From Phyllobates terribilis (Eukaryota), in NCBI RefSeq assembly GCF_046119375.1, contig NW_027362764.1:189038001-189102000 (forward strand): DNA of 64,000 bases. Reading direction: 5' to 3'. Below the pieces are notes generated by a model. It was not told the DNA's origin. It did not search any database and saw only the letters and a list, made by a program, of their open reading frames with translations. Shown here piece by piece: positions 49,148-60,211 of the stretch. The first letter of the stretch is position 1, and each line of letters starts with the position of its first letter. The position numbers and the translations under genes were made by a program.

Positions 49148-51011
49148 AGTGCACTTGTCAGCAGGATTGTGCTCAGTACACTACATACACTGTCAGGTGA
49201 GCGATATTACACTGATTAAAATGATACCTTTGTTGGTGAAATCCATCCCATGGTTCTTGTGTAATCTTTACTTTCAGTTTGGAGATAATTATATGCTCGT
49301 GCTCCGGGGTGGCCTGTGGGGGGCGCTCTATCTGGTGCTCTGCTTATATATTTAGCTGTGTGCTCTTATGACAGCTCACTGTGCCTTCACTGACCTGCCT
49401 CCTATTTAACCTAGACCCGCACTACTAGATGCATTATGTAAAATAGGAGGCAGGTCAGTGAATATCAGTGAGCTGTCATAAGAGCATACAGATGAATATG
49501 TAAGCAGAGCACCAGATACAGCGCCCTCCACAGTTCCTCCCCGGAGCATGAGCATATCATTATCTCCAAACTGAAAGTAAATATTACACAAGAGCCACAG
49601 GACAGATTTCATCAACCAAGGTATCATTTTAATCAGTGTAATGGCAGCCACCTGACAGTGTATATGTAGCGCCCCGAGGGTTCGGCCGCTACAGGGGAAT
49701 TGCACCTCAGACCAGAGGTGTGATATTCCACTCCCGGGTAAGGATGGAGTATGGACCAGGGCTCAGTTAGCTGCATACAGCACACACACCCCATTTCCGA
49801 GGGACAGCTCAACGGTTCTCCCACTAGACAGAAGTGCAGGCACGACCGACTATGTCCCTGACTGGAGTGGGGAGGGGGGTGGAACACCCAGTGCTGTAGG
49901 GGCAGATAGGGGTTGGTTCCTGAGCATAGGTAGGAGCCCATTGGTTGCTGGTCACCTGGGCTCATGGTCAGAGGGAGGTATAAAAGGTGGGCACCATCTT
50001 AGCTGGAGGAGGAGTTCGGTTCGTTCTGTCCAGAGAGGAGAAGACAGGGAGTAGAGGCTCTGTAGGAGCTCTACTCCAGGAGGGCCTAGTGAGAGGCCGA
50101 GGAGGAGGTGAAGGGGAGCTGAGATTGCGTCTCATCCCAGCTCCAAGAGAAAGGAACAGAAAGGAACAGGAAGGAACAGAAAAGGAGAAGAAGAGACAGA
50201 GAAACAGAAGGGCTCAGGAACAAGAAGGTGGAAGGGACCCTAAGAACCCACGAGAATCCAGGGTGCAGGGTCAGGCAGATTAAGGGTACCGGATCCCAAG
50301 TTGGTGAAGGAGAAACTACCCTCAGCCAAAGACCGGTCGTCGTGATCATTTATTGGTGCGACACCTCATCAAACCTGCTAGGAAGACACCATATAGAACA
50401 GCGGAGGACGGGTCCCACATTTAACCGCACAGGTCCGCGGCAGCTGGACAAAAGTGGGTCACTGGTGAGGCAGGCCAGAGAAAGGACAAAAGGGGGTCCT
50501 GAGCCATACTTCTGAACTGCCTGGGAGTTGACAGAGCCCCACACCTGGTGGACGCAGCACGGCTCGGGCGGTCACTACTGGTGCCGAAGTGACCCGGAGC
50601 ACATGAACTGTGAGTAAAGACCCTGGACTGTAACTTGTTGTCTGTGTGCTCCTTTGCGCCTCCAGCACTACCGGTACTGGGACTCTCACCACCATCACTC
50701 CCACCATCCATTATACTGCCCTGGGGCCACACTCTTCCCGTGGGGAGTCACACTACCCTAGCTGCACACCTCATCAGCCCCAGCGGTCTGCATGCAGCGG
50801 CAGTTCCTAATAACCGCAATCCACGGGTGGCGTAGTCGGACATTATCAACGGTACATAGCAGACTACCATTGGTCTGACCACCCTGAGCCGCGGGACCGG
50901 GCCGCCACTACTACCCCCATCGTTTCCCTGTTGCCCGGATCCACGTGCCCCACGGCCCAGGGGGCGAGTCATATACAGTTTACTGAGCACAATCCTTCTG
51001 ACAGGTGTGCT
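49148..51011. mobile_element. T2/Kolobok-type palindromic MITE carrying a solo LTR
   Basis: TTAA at 49144-47 and 51012-15; inverted ends agtgcacttgtcagcagga / tccttctgacaggtgtgct; long internal inverted arms. Confidence 0.8.
49665..50971 (+). mobile_element. Solo LTR (1307 bp), same gypsy-type family, different subfamily
   Basis: TGTAGCGCCCC...GGGGGCGAGTCA ends; 4-bp TSD TATA at 49661-64 and 50972-75. Confidence 0.93.
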
Positions 51012-51015
51012 TTAA

Positions 51016-51353
51016 AGTGGACCTGTCACCTAAAAAAACACTATTAATCTGCAGAAATGGGGTTAATCTACAGGTTAATAGTGTTGTGAACCTACCCGGT
51101 GCCGGCACTTAGACCCCTGCTGCCAGGAGGAAATTAACTTTATTCCCACAGGTAGCGTTCCCATTTCAGTTACGGGGGTGACGCCAGTGTGGGTTCAGTG
51201 AAACTGGAATGCTGCCGGGGGAAAATAAAGTTAATTTCCTATCGGCAGAAGGGATGTAAGTGCCGACACTGGGCAGGTTCATAACGCTATTAACCTGCAG
51301 ATTAACCCCATATCTGCAGGCTAATAGTGTTTTTTTCAGGTTACATGTTTCCA
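51016..51353. mobile_element. Second T2/Kolobok-type MITE sharing the TTAA of the previous one
   Basis: TTAA-agtggacctgtca...ttacatgtttcca-TTAA; internally palindromic. Confidence 0.7.
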
Positions 51354-52534
51354 TTAAATGCACAGTGAAGTGAAATCATGTATACTTTGCTTGCATTGCT
51401 AAATGCAGAAGATTTTCTGCACTTAAAATGCAGCCGAAAAATGCGGAGTTTACACTATATGGAAACAAGGCCTTGCCGCCTTGGACTCTATGACTGGCTC
51501 AACCAACAGAAAGCTGAGGTTTTCCTCGCCTTGCTGGTGAGCACAACCATAACAACTCCCCTATTAGGTCCTATGGGCCTCATTCCGTCACATTCCTGCA
51601 TTGTGCAGGAGAATTGTACTGCCCTCTGCTGGAAATACAAGTAATGTCACATTGACATTACTAGATTGGAAATACAGAGATCAGAGAAATCTTTGGTCTC
51701 CACAATTGTAAGCCACACTTTTAACATAACTCTGTATATTTCAAAGAGATAATATCATATGATCATCACAAGTGACATTCCATTGGGAAGGCCATGTTAC
51801 AATGTAACAGAAATGCATATACACATTTACACGAAAATGCATGCAATAAGGAACAACAAATGGTAACTGACATCTTTATATAAGGACACAAAGCTTAAAA
51901 GGATTGTTTTAATGTAAAAAGTACTTGGCGCCACAGGCATTTTTGGACCTTAAACAAAACTACATTAAGAAAATAACTGGGGTTAGAGATGGATTCAAGT
52001 TTAGAATTTGCGTGCTGCAACCAAATTGATCCAGCAGCATCTGGAATGACATCAGCATCTTCCTGACCCTGAAGCTGCGAGGAAAGGGATTATTTTTTCT
52101 ATCTTAAATTTAAAATAGAAGGATTTGAAAGGAAAGTCCCCACAAAGCGTGTAAGGATGGAAAAGTAAACCTAAAGCACAATGCACAGCAACGTTGTCTT
52201 TTATTCTTATATGTCCATGTGGTCAAGGTCGCTCCTGCAATATCTATCAGGTGGTGGTATGAGCTGTCTGGTAGGGGTCAGTAAAATGCAACTACTCCCA
52301 TTTCAGACTGAGATGCTGTGGATTGGTTAGCAGACAGCGGACAGTCACGGCATGTAAGACGAGGTTGTAACAATCACAAAGGGTGCAGCATGACTGGGGC
52401 TGAGGGGGGCCTTGCAATGTCGGCGCAATTTTCTTCCTTGGACACATCCAGTTGAAAACTATTGCAGAGCAGAGAACCAATAGCTCCCTGCCCCACAATA
52501 CCTATAAAACTTACTGATTTACCAGAGGTCCGCA

Positions 52535-53230
52535 GCAACAGATGACGTTGGGACATTTTCACTATATGGGGGCCAGAATATAGGACATTATCATTGAATG
52601 GGGGCCACAATGGGGGACATTTTCATTGTAGGGGGGGGCACAATGAGGGACTTTATCATTGTATGGGGCCAGAATAGAAGATATTATCATAGTATGCAGT
52701 CCGTTGCAGTATCGTTGTATTCACACCAGAATGGATGCCATTATCATTGAAAGGGGGTCAGTCAGAATGCAAGATATTATCATTATATAGGGGACATTAT
52801 ATTTGTATGATGGCCAAAATAGGGGTCATTTGCGTAGAATGATGGCAATAGTAGGGGACATTCTTATTGCTTGGTGGCCAGAATGGGGGAATATTATCAT
52901 TGTCTGGGGGGCAGAATGGGGGATATCATTGTATTTGGACCACAATGGAGGACATCATTATTAAAGGGTGACCATGATGGAGGCCAACAATAAGAAATAT
53001 TATCAATGTAGGGGGCCATTATAATTATATGGGCCAGAATACAGGACATTATCATTGTATGGGGGCCTCAATGGCTGTTATTATCATTGTAGGGAGTCCG
53101 CAATGAAGGACATTATCAGCATATGTATGCCAAAATTGGAGCCATTATCATTGTATGCTGACCACAACTGGGTATTATCATTGTATGGGGGCAACAATGG
53201 GGGACATTATTACTGTATGGGGGGCAAAGA
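52535..53230. repeat. Degenerate ~30-35-bp minisatellite (ggggacattatcattgtatgggggcc-like)
   Basis: About 20 recurrences of attatcatt/ggggg motifs. Confidence 0.75.
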
Positions 53231-53643
53231 AGGGACCTTTCTACTGTGTGATTACAAACAGGGATGGAGGACTGCAAAATATTTTATTTTTGGAGATACT
53301 TTTTCTGTGGAGGGAACAAATAGGTGGTGCTTGTACAGAAGAGTAACAGTATGGCACTTTTCTTGATATCCCAGTGTAGTGGAGAAGTGGGGAAAAAAGT
53401 GGGGATGATGTTCTAAAAGCAATCAACCATAGATGAATGTGTGTTACAATCTGCATATAAAAGACGAGTTGTGGCTGGAGGAAGTAATAGGGGTCTGCGC
53501 TGGATGAAGAACAGAAGTAAAAAATGAATTACTTCATTTGGAGACGTCACTAGTGAGCCACTGGATCATCAGGCATTTACTCTGATGGTCCATGGCAGAT
53601 ACACTGATACTGCTGATGCTCCTATTATGGTGTTTCTCCTAAT

Positions 53644-53694
53644 CTGTCCCCTGATGAACCCTGAACTAGGAGAGGGTGAAACGCTTTGGGATAG
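53644..53694 (+). ncRNA. Penelope-type minimal type I hammerhead, nearly intact
   Basis: Stem I CTGTCCC/GGGATAG; CTGATGA 53651-57; stem II ACCCT/AGGGT; GAAA 53678-81. ACGCTT replaces the palindromic ACGCGT. Confidence 0.75.
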
Positions 53695-54372
53695 CTGCTG
53701 GCATCTACTGTGCCATGATTTTGGGACCTTTTCCTATGCATTGGTGCAAACTACAGGATTCTACCTGAATTGAACCACCCGGTCCTTTTTTTTAAAGCAA
53801 TCTACTACCTATCTCAGATAAGTCCATTTTTCTCTTATAGTGCATATTACAGTGTTTATTTGCTTTTCTGAGATTATTGATCATTTCTCTGTTTATATCT
53901 CTTGATTGAGATTAAACTATATTTAGCACCTATCATATGATTATAGATATCTGGATGTGACCTGGGCAGTACCACTGCATAGGATAAAGAATTTTGCTAA
54001 ATAATTCTTAGTTAATGTATGTCTGGTGCAAGGGCCTAATAGGGCCATCAAGGGACAGCCGACGTGGAGCGGGGACACCAAACCGTCTTGCTAGGGTGAT
54101 AAACGTCCGCTGTCAGGTATGGTCCTAGTTTGTTTAGGGACATCTAGGGCCAGCCTGAATGACATTATCTCATCGTACCCTTGATCATTACCCTGTGTTG
54201 CACGGACATTTTTTGGTGTTGGTCCATTTTGTGACCAATTAGTCGGTCTTTTAAAATATCTATTAAAAGTTACATTTTATTCTGGGGTTTTTTTCTTTGT
54301 CTGTTTTTTTTTTTTTTTTTTTGAGCCATTGGATTTACCTGTACATTTACAGTATACACTATATACTATCTA

Positions 54373-55550
54373 ATTAGAAAAATAGCCCAAGTACTACAAA
54401 TTGAGTGTGGGCAAGGGAACAGAATCCCCCCCGACACCCTCAAATACCGACTCCAAGGCAACATTTTTTTACTAGGAGAAAAACAGAGTCATCATGGTTT
54501 TTTAAAAAAAGACACATATTTTATTAACAATCAGTTAAGACAAGTGTTGTAATCAAAAAACAAAAGGAAATTAATAAAGAGCAAGTGAAAAGCAAGGTGG
54601 ACAATGAAATATCCACATAAGCCCAAACAGACCTGCCTCAATATTAGATGCTTAATCAAAAATAGACACAACTCTTATGACTGGAAAAAAGGATTTTTCC
54701 ATAAGAGTAGAAAGACCGCTGCACCTAAGATTTTCAACCAATACAGTGAAAATTGCATAAATAATAGGCCAATAATTTATCTCAATGGAATATCAAAATT
54801 GAAGAGCTGTCGTTAAACTGAACACCTAGTGGCGCACTATAGTATACTGAAAAAAGAGAACAAACATCAAAGACAGACCCATCAATTAAGGTGCAGCGTG
54901 CATGTTAATATAAACTATAGAGTTGGACAGATAGAGGAGCATCTCCACATATTCCCTCCATTCCCCCAATCTCCCACTCCTACAAAATGAAAGGAGGGGA
55001 GAGTGACCTCTTAGGCATATTAACATAAAGTGCCAGAAAGGGCATGTCACTCAAATTGGCCAATATGTGGAGATGCTCCTCTATCTGTCCAACTCTATAG
55101 TTTATATTAACATGCACGCTGCACCTTAATTGATGGGTCTGTCTTTGATGTTTGTTCTCTTTTTTCAGTATACTATAGTGCGCCACTAGGTGTTCAGTTT
55201 AACGACAGCTCTTCAATTTTGATATTCCATTGAGATAAATTATTGGCCTATTATTTATGCAATTTTCACTGTATTGGTTGAAAATCTTAGGTGCAGCGGT
55301 CTTTCTACTCTTATGGAAAAATCCTTTTTTCCAGTCATAAGAGTTGTGTCTATTTTTGATTAAGCATCTAATATTGAGGCAGGTCTGTTTGGGCTTATGT
55401 GGATATTTCATTGTCCACCTTGCTTTTCACTTGCTCTTTATTAATTTCCTTTTGTTTTTTGATTACAACACTTGTCTTAACTGATTGTTAATAAAATATG
55501 TGTCTTTTTTTAAAAAACCATGATGACTCTGTTTTTCTCCTAGTAAAAAA
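54373..55550. mobile_element. Retro-type insertion with a 490-bp inverted duplication and 15-bp TSD
   Basis: Arms 54464-54953 and 55062-55551, spacer 108 bp. TSD ACTATATACTATCTA at 54358-72 and 55551-65. AATAAA and a short A-tract near the right end. Confidence 0.85.
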
Positions 55551-56902
55551 ACTATATACTATCTACAGAGTTCCGTGTATAATGTCACCAGCAATCACTG
55601 TATAGTCTGTACATATAGTCTGCATATGTGGTAGTACTGTCAATTTTGAATGGTATTATTGAAAAGTGTAAGTGTAGCACCCCGAGGGTTCGGTTGCTAC
55701 AGAGGTATTGCATCTCACCCAGATGTGCGATATCTCACTTCCAGGTAAGGATGGAGTGTGGCTCAGGACCCTAACACCCACATGCACTACACCACATTTC
55801 CGGGGGACAGCTCGACGGTGCTCCCATTAGTTATGCAGTCACGAGTGAGCATGTCCCTGGCTGGAGTGGGGGGAGGGAACACCTAGAGAAGGGAACCCGG
55901 TAGTGTGTGCGTGGGGGAAGTAGATCCTGGGTGCACTCTGTACAGGAGTATAAAGGGAGGCACCATCTTGGAAAGGGAGTGAGTAGAGAGAGGAGAAGTC
56001 AGGGAGCAGAGCTGCTTTATGGGCTCTGCTCCACAGGCAGGCCCTGTCAGGAGGCCTGAGCCTGGAGGAGGAAGAGGAGCAGACTGGGCTCCAGGAAGGA
56101 CAGAGGGGACCCCAGGGGTGTGGACTGGCTGGTAGCCACCACACGCCCGCCGCTACCTGAGTAGGGGGGTCAGGTCAAGAAGATGGGAACCGGATCCCAA
56201 ATTAGTGGAGGAGAGAAACTACCCTCAACTAAGAACCGGAGGCTGCGACATTACATGTGGAGCAGCCCCTCACCACACCCGCTAGAAAGGCACCACATAG
56301 GACCTGGGAAACGCAGGCCAACGTTTGCCCACCAAGAAGGTCCGAGGCAGCTGGACATAAGCGTGGTCACTAGTGGGGTTGAAGACCAGAGACAGGGGAC
56401 ATAAAGGGGGTCCTGCAAAGCACTCCAGAAAGACCTGGGAGTTAACCGAGCCCCTCACCTGGTGAGCACAGCGCGACACAGGCGGCCACCTCTGCAGCGG
56501 TGGCCTGGAGCAGTAACCGAGTAACCGTGAGTAAAGACCCTGAACTGCACCACCAAGACTCCGAGTTGTCTTTGTTGCGCTCGTGTACCACCATCACCCC
56601 CATCATCTATCCCTGCTGCCCTGAGGCCATACCCCTCCCGTTGGGGGTTATACCACCACGCTGCACATCCTCATACACCTGGCCTCAGTGGACTGTTCTG
56701 CAGCGGCGGCTTCAAAGCCGCACTCAACGGGTGGCGTAGTCGATCAAGTTAACATCTACTGCCATAGACTGCCACTTAGTCTGACTCCCTGGGCACGGAC
56801 CAGATCACCGCCACGAGACTACAACCCTAAAGAGATCCGGCTCCGGGTAAGCTCCCGCGTGCGCAACGCAGCGCGACACAGGCCCAGGGGCGCGTCAACT
56901 TC

Positions 56903-56921
56903 TGGCGTAGTCGGCAGGATT
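56903..56921 (+). promoter_or_regulatory. Primer-binding site for tRNA-Ser
   Basis: TGGCGTAGTCGGCAGGATT is complementary to the vertebrate tRNA-Ser 3' end (...AATCCTGCCGACTACGCCA), 5 nt after LTR1. Confidence 0.9.
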
Positions 56922-58441
56922 TCGTGCCCGCAACCACGGGTACTGCGTGCCTGAAAAAGAGACTTTTAAAACTTACCATCCGTGAAGTTTTCCCGCCATC
57001 CGGCGCCATCTTCAGCCTTCTTCCCGCCATCCGTGAAGATTCCCGCCATCCGGCGCCATCTTCAGCCTTCTTCCCGCCATCTGTGGAGTTTTCCCGCCAT
57101 TGGGCGCCATCTTGAGGACGCCGCGCGGGAAGAAGAGGGGCGTGGACTCCGAAAGCGCGTGAGAACTGAAGCCCCGCCTCACGTCCGGACGTTGCGTAAG
57201 GTCCTGGAAGGAGCCCAGCAGACGCCGACGTCACTGGAGCGCGACGGAAGGTCCTCGACCCTGATGATCAACTGCGGAGCCGCGGCCTACGGAAGAGGAT
57301 CATCGCAAGGTAGGCCACGGTCCACCAGGGGGGAGGAGGACACCAGGAACGGACAGCAAGATGGCGGACCGGCAGCAGACTAAGCTGCCCAGCATCGGCA
57401 GCGCCCCAGCCGTCGCGGGCCCCGACCAGCACCAGGAGAAGACGCGTGACGCAGGAGCGGGAGCAGGTAAGAGGAGTCTCCCTGTCCCGGACGCTGCCAG
57501 CGTCAGCCTGCTCCCGGGCCACCCGGTGGAGCCGCCGATCCCAGGCGCTGCAGACGCAGACCTGCTCCAGACCCCGCAACAAGCCCTGCAGCCGAGCCCT
57601 CCAGACCTGGGCACTGCCACCACTAGCCCGCGCCCAGGCCCAAAGTCGCACCCCCTGACCCCGGGCGTCATTAACAGTACCACTCAGACCCCGAGTACCA
57701 AGAGGGCCCGGACGGGTCTGAACCTGAGAAAGAGAAAGGAGCGTGTGGAGCACACCGTTAATCGTAAACGGTAAAAGAGGAGATGTAAATAGTTACCCGA
57801 CCGGGTATAAGGACTGTTGTGGGACTGTTTCCACTAAGAGTGTGGTCCCCGTTGGGACAGAAAGAGAACTGTTTCCCTTACCCCCCCACCTGGCTGGGGA
57901 CTGAGAACAGCCACCCCTTTTCCCTCTAACTGGCTGGGGACTGAGAACAGCCACCCCTACCTGGCCGAGGACTGAGAGCGGCCATATCCTGTAAATAATT
58001 ATGTGTTTCTAGTAATGTATAGGAGTCCTTGGTGGATTTACCGGGAATCCTTTGTACAGTTAGTGGAGCGTAACCCAGGATGGACTAAAAGACTGTTAAG
58101 GACTCGGGGCAGGACAGACCCCTACCTGGTTACGTCTCCCTGTTTTAGGAAAATGAACACCTGGTTGCAGAATAAACTGTGACCTGTTATAAAGAGACTT
58201 CTTCGTGGATCTGCTGCTAGAAATGTTTTATATGAAAAATTTATATGCTAGAATGTGTTACTATGAAAAAGAGTTCCAGAACAGTACATATGCACTTATA
58301 CCGTTTAAGAGAGAGCCGTTCCCATAAAGGGAAACTGAATGTTGATACCTGTTATACTTGTTGTTTATGAAAAATTTACATGTTCTAATGTATACCCTGT
58401 CTTTTGCTCAGTTCCAGCCCGCGGACGTGCTGGGTTTTGCC

Positions 58442-58450
58442 AGGGGGGAA
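58442..58450 (+). promoter_or_regulatory. Polypurine tract
   Basis: AGGGGGGAA immediately before the TGT start of LTR2. Confidence 0.8.
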
Positions 58451-59689
58451 TGTAGCACCCCGAGGGTTCGGTTGCTACAGAGGTATTGCATCTCACCCAG
58501 ATGTGCGATATCTCACTTCCAGGTAAGGATGGAGTGTGGCTCAGGACCCTAACACCCACATGCACTACACCACATTTCCGGGGGACAGCTCGACGGTGCT
58601 CCCATTAGTTATGCAGGCACGAGTGAGCATGTCCCTGGCTGGAGTGGGGGGAGGGAACACCTAGAGAAGGGAACCCGGTAGTGTGTGCGTGGGGGAAGTA
58701 GATCCTGGGTGCACTCTGTACAGGAGTATAAAGGGAGGCACCATCTTGGAAAGGGAGTGAGTAGAAAGAGGAGAAGACAGGGAGCAGAGCTGCTTTATGG
58801 GCTCTGCTCCACAGGCAGGCCCTGTCAGGAGGCCTGAGCCTGGAGGAGGAAGAGGAGCAGACTGGGCTCCAGGAAGGACAGAGGGGACCCCAGGGGTGTG
58901 GACTGGCTGGTAGCCACCACACGCCCGCCGCTACCTGAGTAGGGGGGTCAGGTCAAGAAGATGGGAACCGGATCCCAAATTAGTGGAGGAGAGAAACTAC
59001 CCTCAACTAAGAACCGGAGGCTGCGACATTACATGTGGAGCAGCCCCTCACCACACCTGCTAGAAAGGCACCACATAGGACCTGGGAAACGCAGGCCAAC
59101 GTTTGCCCACCAAGAAGGTCCGAGGCAGCTGGACATAAGCGTGGTCACTAGTGGGGTTGAAGACCAGAGACAGGGGACATAAAGGGGGTCCTGCAAAGCA
59201 CTCCAGAAAGACCTGGGAGTTAACCGAGCCCCTCACCTGGTGAGCACAGCGCGACACAGGCGGCCACCTCTGCAGCGGTGGCCTGGAGCAGTAACCGAGT
59301 AACCGTGAGTAAAGACCCTGAACTGCACCACCAAGACTCCGAGTTGTCTTTGTTGCGCTCGTGTACCACCATCACCCCCATCATCTATCCCTGCTGCCCT
59401 GAGGCCATACCCCTCCCGTTGGGGGTTATACCACCACGCTGCACATCCTCATACACCTGGCCTCAGTGGACTGTTCTGCAGCGGCGGCTTCAAAGCCGCA
59501 CTCAACGGGTGGCGTAGTCGATCAAGTTAACATCTACTGCCATAGACTGCCACTTAGTTTGACACCCTGGGCACGGACCGGGTCACCGCCACAAGGACTA
59601 CTACCCCTATCCAGATCCGGCTCTGGGTATCCCCTGAATATGGCCCAGGGGGCGCGTCATAAGCATTTAGAAACTACAGCATCTCAGCC

Positions 59690-60095
59690 ATGAAGTGTCA
59701 GACAATGTAGAGTTACGGGATCGACATGAGCCTGCTAGTGCTGAAACTTCTCTGGCATTAACACCAGGAGAAAACTGTATGCTCATAGCTAAGTGGCATG
59801 GGGTTCAATGACTGAGCAGCTGCATTCAAGCCTCATATTACCAAGCACAATGCCAATGGTTGGATGGACTGGTGTAAAACCCTTTGCCAGTGGACTCTAG
59901 AGCACAGAAACATGTCCTGTGGAGGGATAATGTCTCTTCTCTATGTGGCAGTTTGGTGGACTGGGTTTTACAAATGCCAGACTTCATTGCGCCAACTGTA
60001 AAGTTTTTGAAGAGGAGGGATAAGATAATGAGGTTATTTTTCAGATATTGGCCTAGGTCCCTTAGTTTGAGTGACGGGAAATCTTAATGTTTCAT
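59690..60095 (+). mobile_element. Old degenerate Tc1 transposase fragment
   Basis: Eroded KPHITKHNA, WTLE, KHVLW and PTVKF motifs. Confidence 0.7.
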
Positions 60096-60211
60096 GGTTG
60101 TGACGTTTTATTTATTTCACTACCGATTAGATTAAAAAAAAAGGGCCTGCACACCTTTAGCATTAAATTATATTATACAGGTGCATAAATACGCTATGTT
60201 GCCAACATATA

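Larger units (their letters stand above)
55673..59659 (+). mobile_element. Non-autonomous LTR retrotransposon (two ~1.2-kb LTRs, 1.55-kb internal region, no pol)
   Basis: LTR1 55673-56897, LTR2 58451-59659, 4-bp TSD TAAG at 55669-72 and 59660-63. PBS and PPT present; no RT, RNase H or IN motifs in any frame. Confidence 0.94.
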
